In this document: positions 16,241-16,586 of the stretch, piece after piece
How the letters are laid out: every line of letters starts with the position of its first letter
Position numbering within the stretch: position 1 is the first letter of the stretch
Source of the DNA: a bacterium
GTDB lineage: Bacteria; CALINM01
Assembly: GCA_041640455.1 (NCBI GenBank)
Contig: JBEQAF010000030.1
Span: 1-16,586 of the forward strand
Reading direction: 5' to 3'
Length of the DNA stretch: 16,586 bases
Made by a program: the position numbers and the translations under genes
The notes under the pieces: model-generated
What the model saw: only the letters and a program-made list of their open reading frames with translations
What the model was told of the DNA's origin: nothing
Database searches by the model: none

Positions 16241-16586
16241 TTATCCTTTGCTAATTTTTTTTGCTATGGTATCAAGCACCTTATCCCAGCCATATCTGTC
16301 TGCTAAGGCATCAATTCCAAGCTCCACTTCATCATAATCTTCCTGCTCTTTAATCTCATCCACCTCTTTCTCCTCAAGAATAAGCGCACCAACTGGACAT
16401 ACCTTGACACACCATGGCACATCAAGTGGAGGATCATCTTCGCACATATCGCATTTTACAGGTAGACCAGAGTCTGGTTCATAAAAAAGGTCTCTGGAAG
16501 GACATGAGGCACCACAGAAACTGCATTCCACATACTCTTTTCTATCCGGGCTCTGTTCTCTTGAACCGGTTATATATACCCGCCTG
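16241..16586 (-). CDS. bamC: 4Fe-4S small subunit of class II benzoyl-CoA reductase (BamC-like), 5' truncated
   Basis: The frame is open to the window edge: RRVYITGSREQSPDRKEYVECSFCGASCPSRDLFYEPDSGLPVKCDMCEDDPPLDVPWCVKVCP. The ECSFC-SCPSRD-F-EPDSGLP-KCDMC signature is as I recall it for BamC. Confidence 0.8.
   Translation of the reverse strand, partial: RRVYITGSREQSPDRKEYVECSFCGASCPSRDLFYEPDSGLPVKCDMCEDDPPLDVPWCVKVCPVGALILEEKEVDEIKEQEDYDEVELGIDALADRYGWDKVLDTIAKKISKG

Overview
AT-rich DNA from a strictly anaerobic bacterium; the gene content resembles deltaproteobacterial/Desulfobacterota-type anaerobes, though this is inference only. The left half is mostly housekeeping and C1 metabolism: the 3' end of radC, mtnP, a PAP2 phosphatase, trmJ, a degenerate folD paralog, canonical folD, tRNA-Ala(GGC), a stand-alone Ni-CODH (cooS) with a 60-aa partner ORF, a 59-aa Pro/Ala lipoprotein missing from the ORF track, and a GYD protein. 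The right half (7620-16586, minus strand) is one tightly packed operon: bamC-like (partial), bamD-like (HdrD/CCG), HdrA/BamE-like, MvhD/BamF-like, two class I benzoyl-CoA reductase-type ATPase subunits (BzdP/BzdQ-like) and a tungsten AOR-family oxidoreductase. Two of these genes are selenoproteins broken in the ORF track. HdrA (11956-15072, U74) and MvhD (11125-11943, U14) each have an in-frame UGA at a conserved Cys position followed by a SECIS-like hairpin. The most striking feature is the hybrid architecture. The electron-bifurcating class II BCR module is followed not by BamGHI but by an ATP-dependent activator pair with no adjacent BzdNO/BcrBC partners, and then by a W-enzyme that is not BamB-like.
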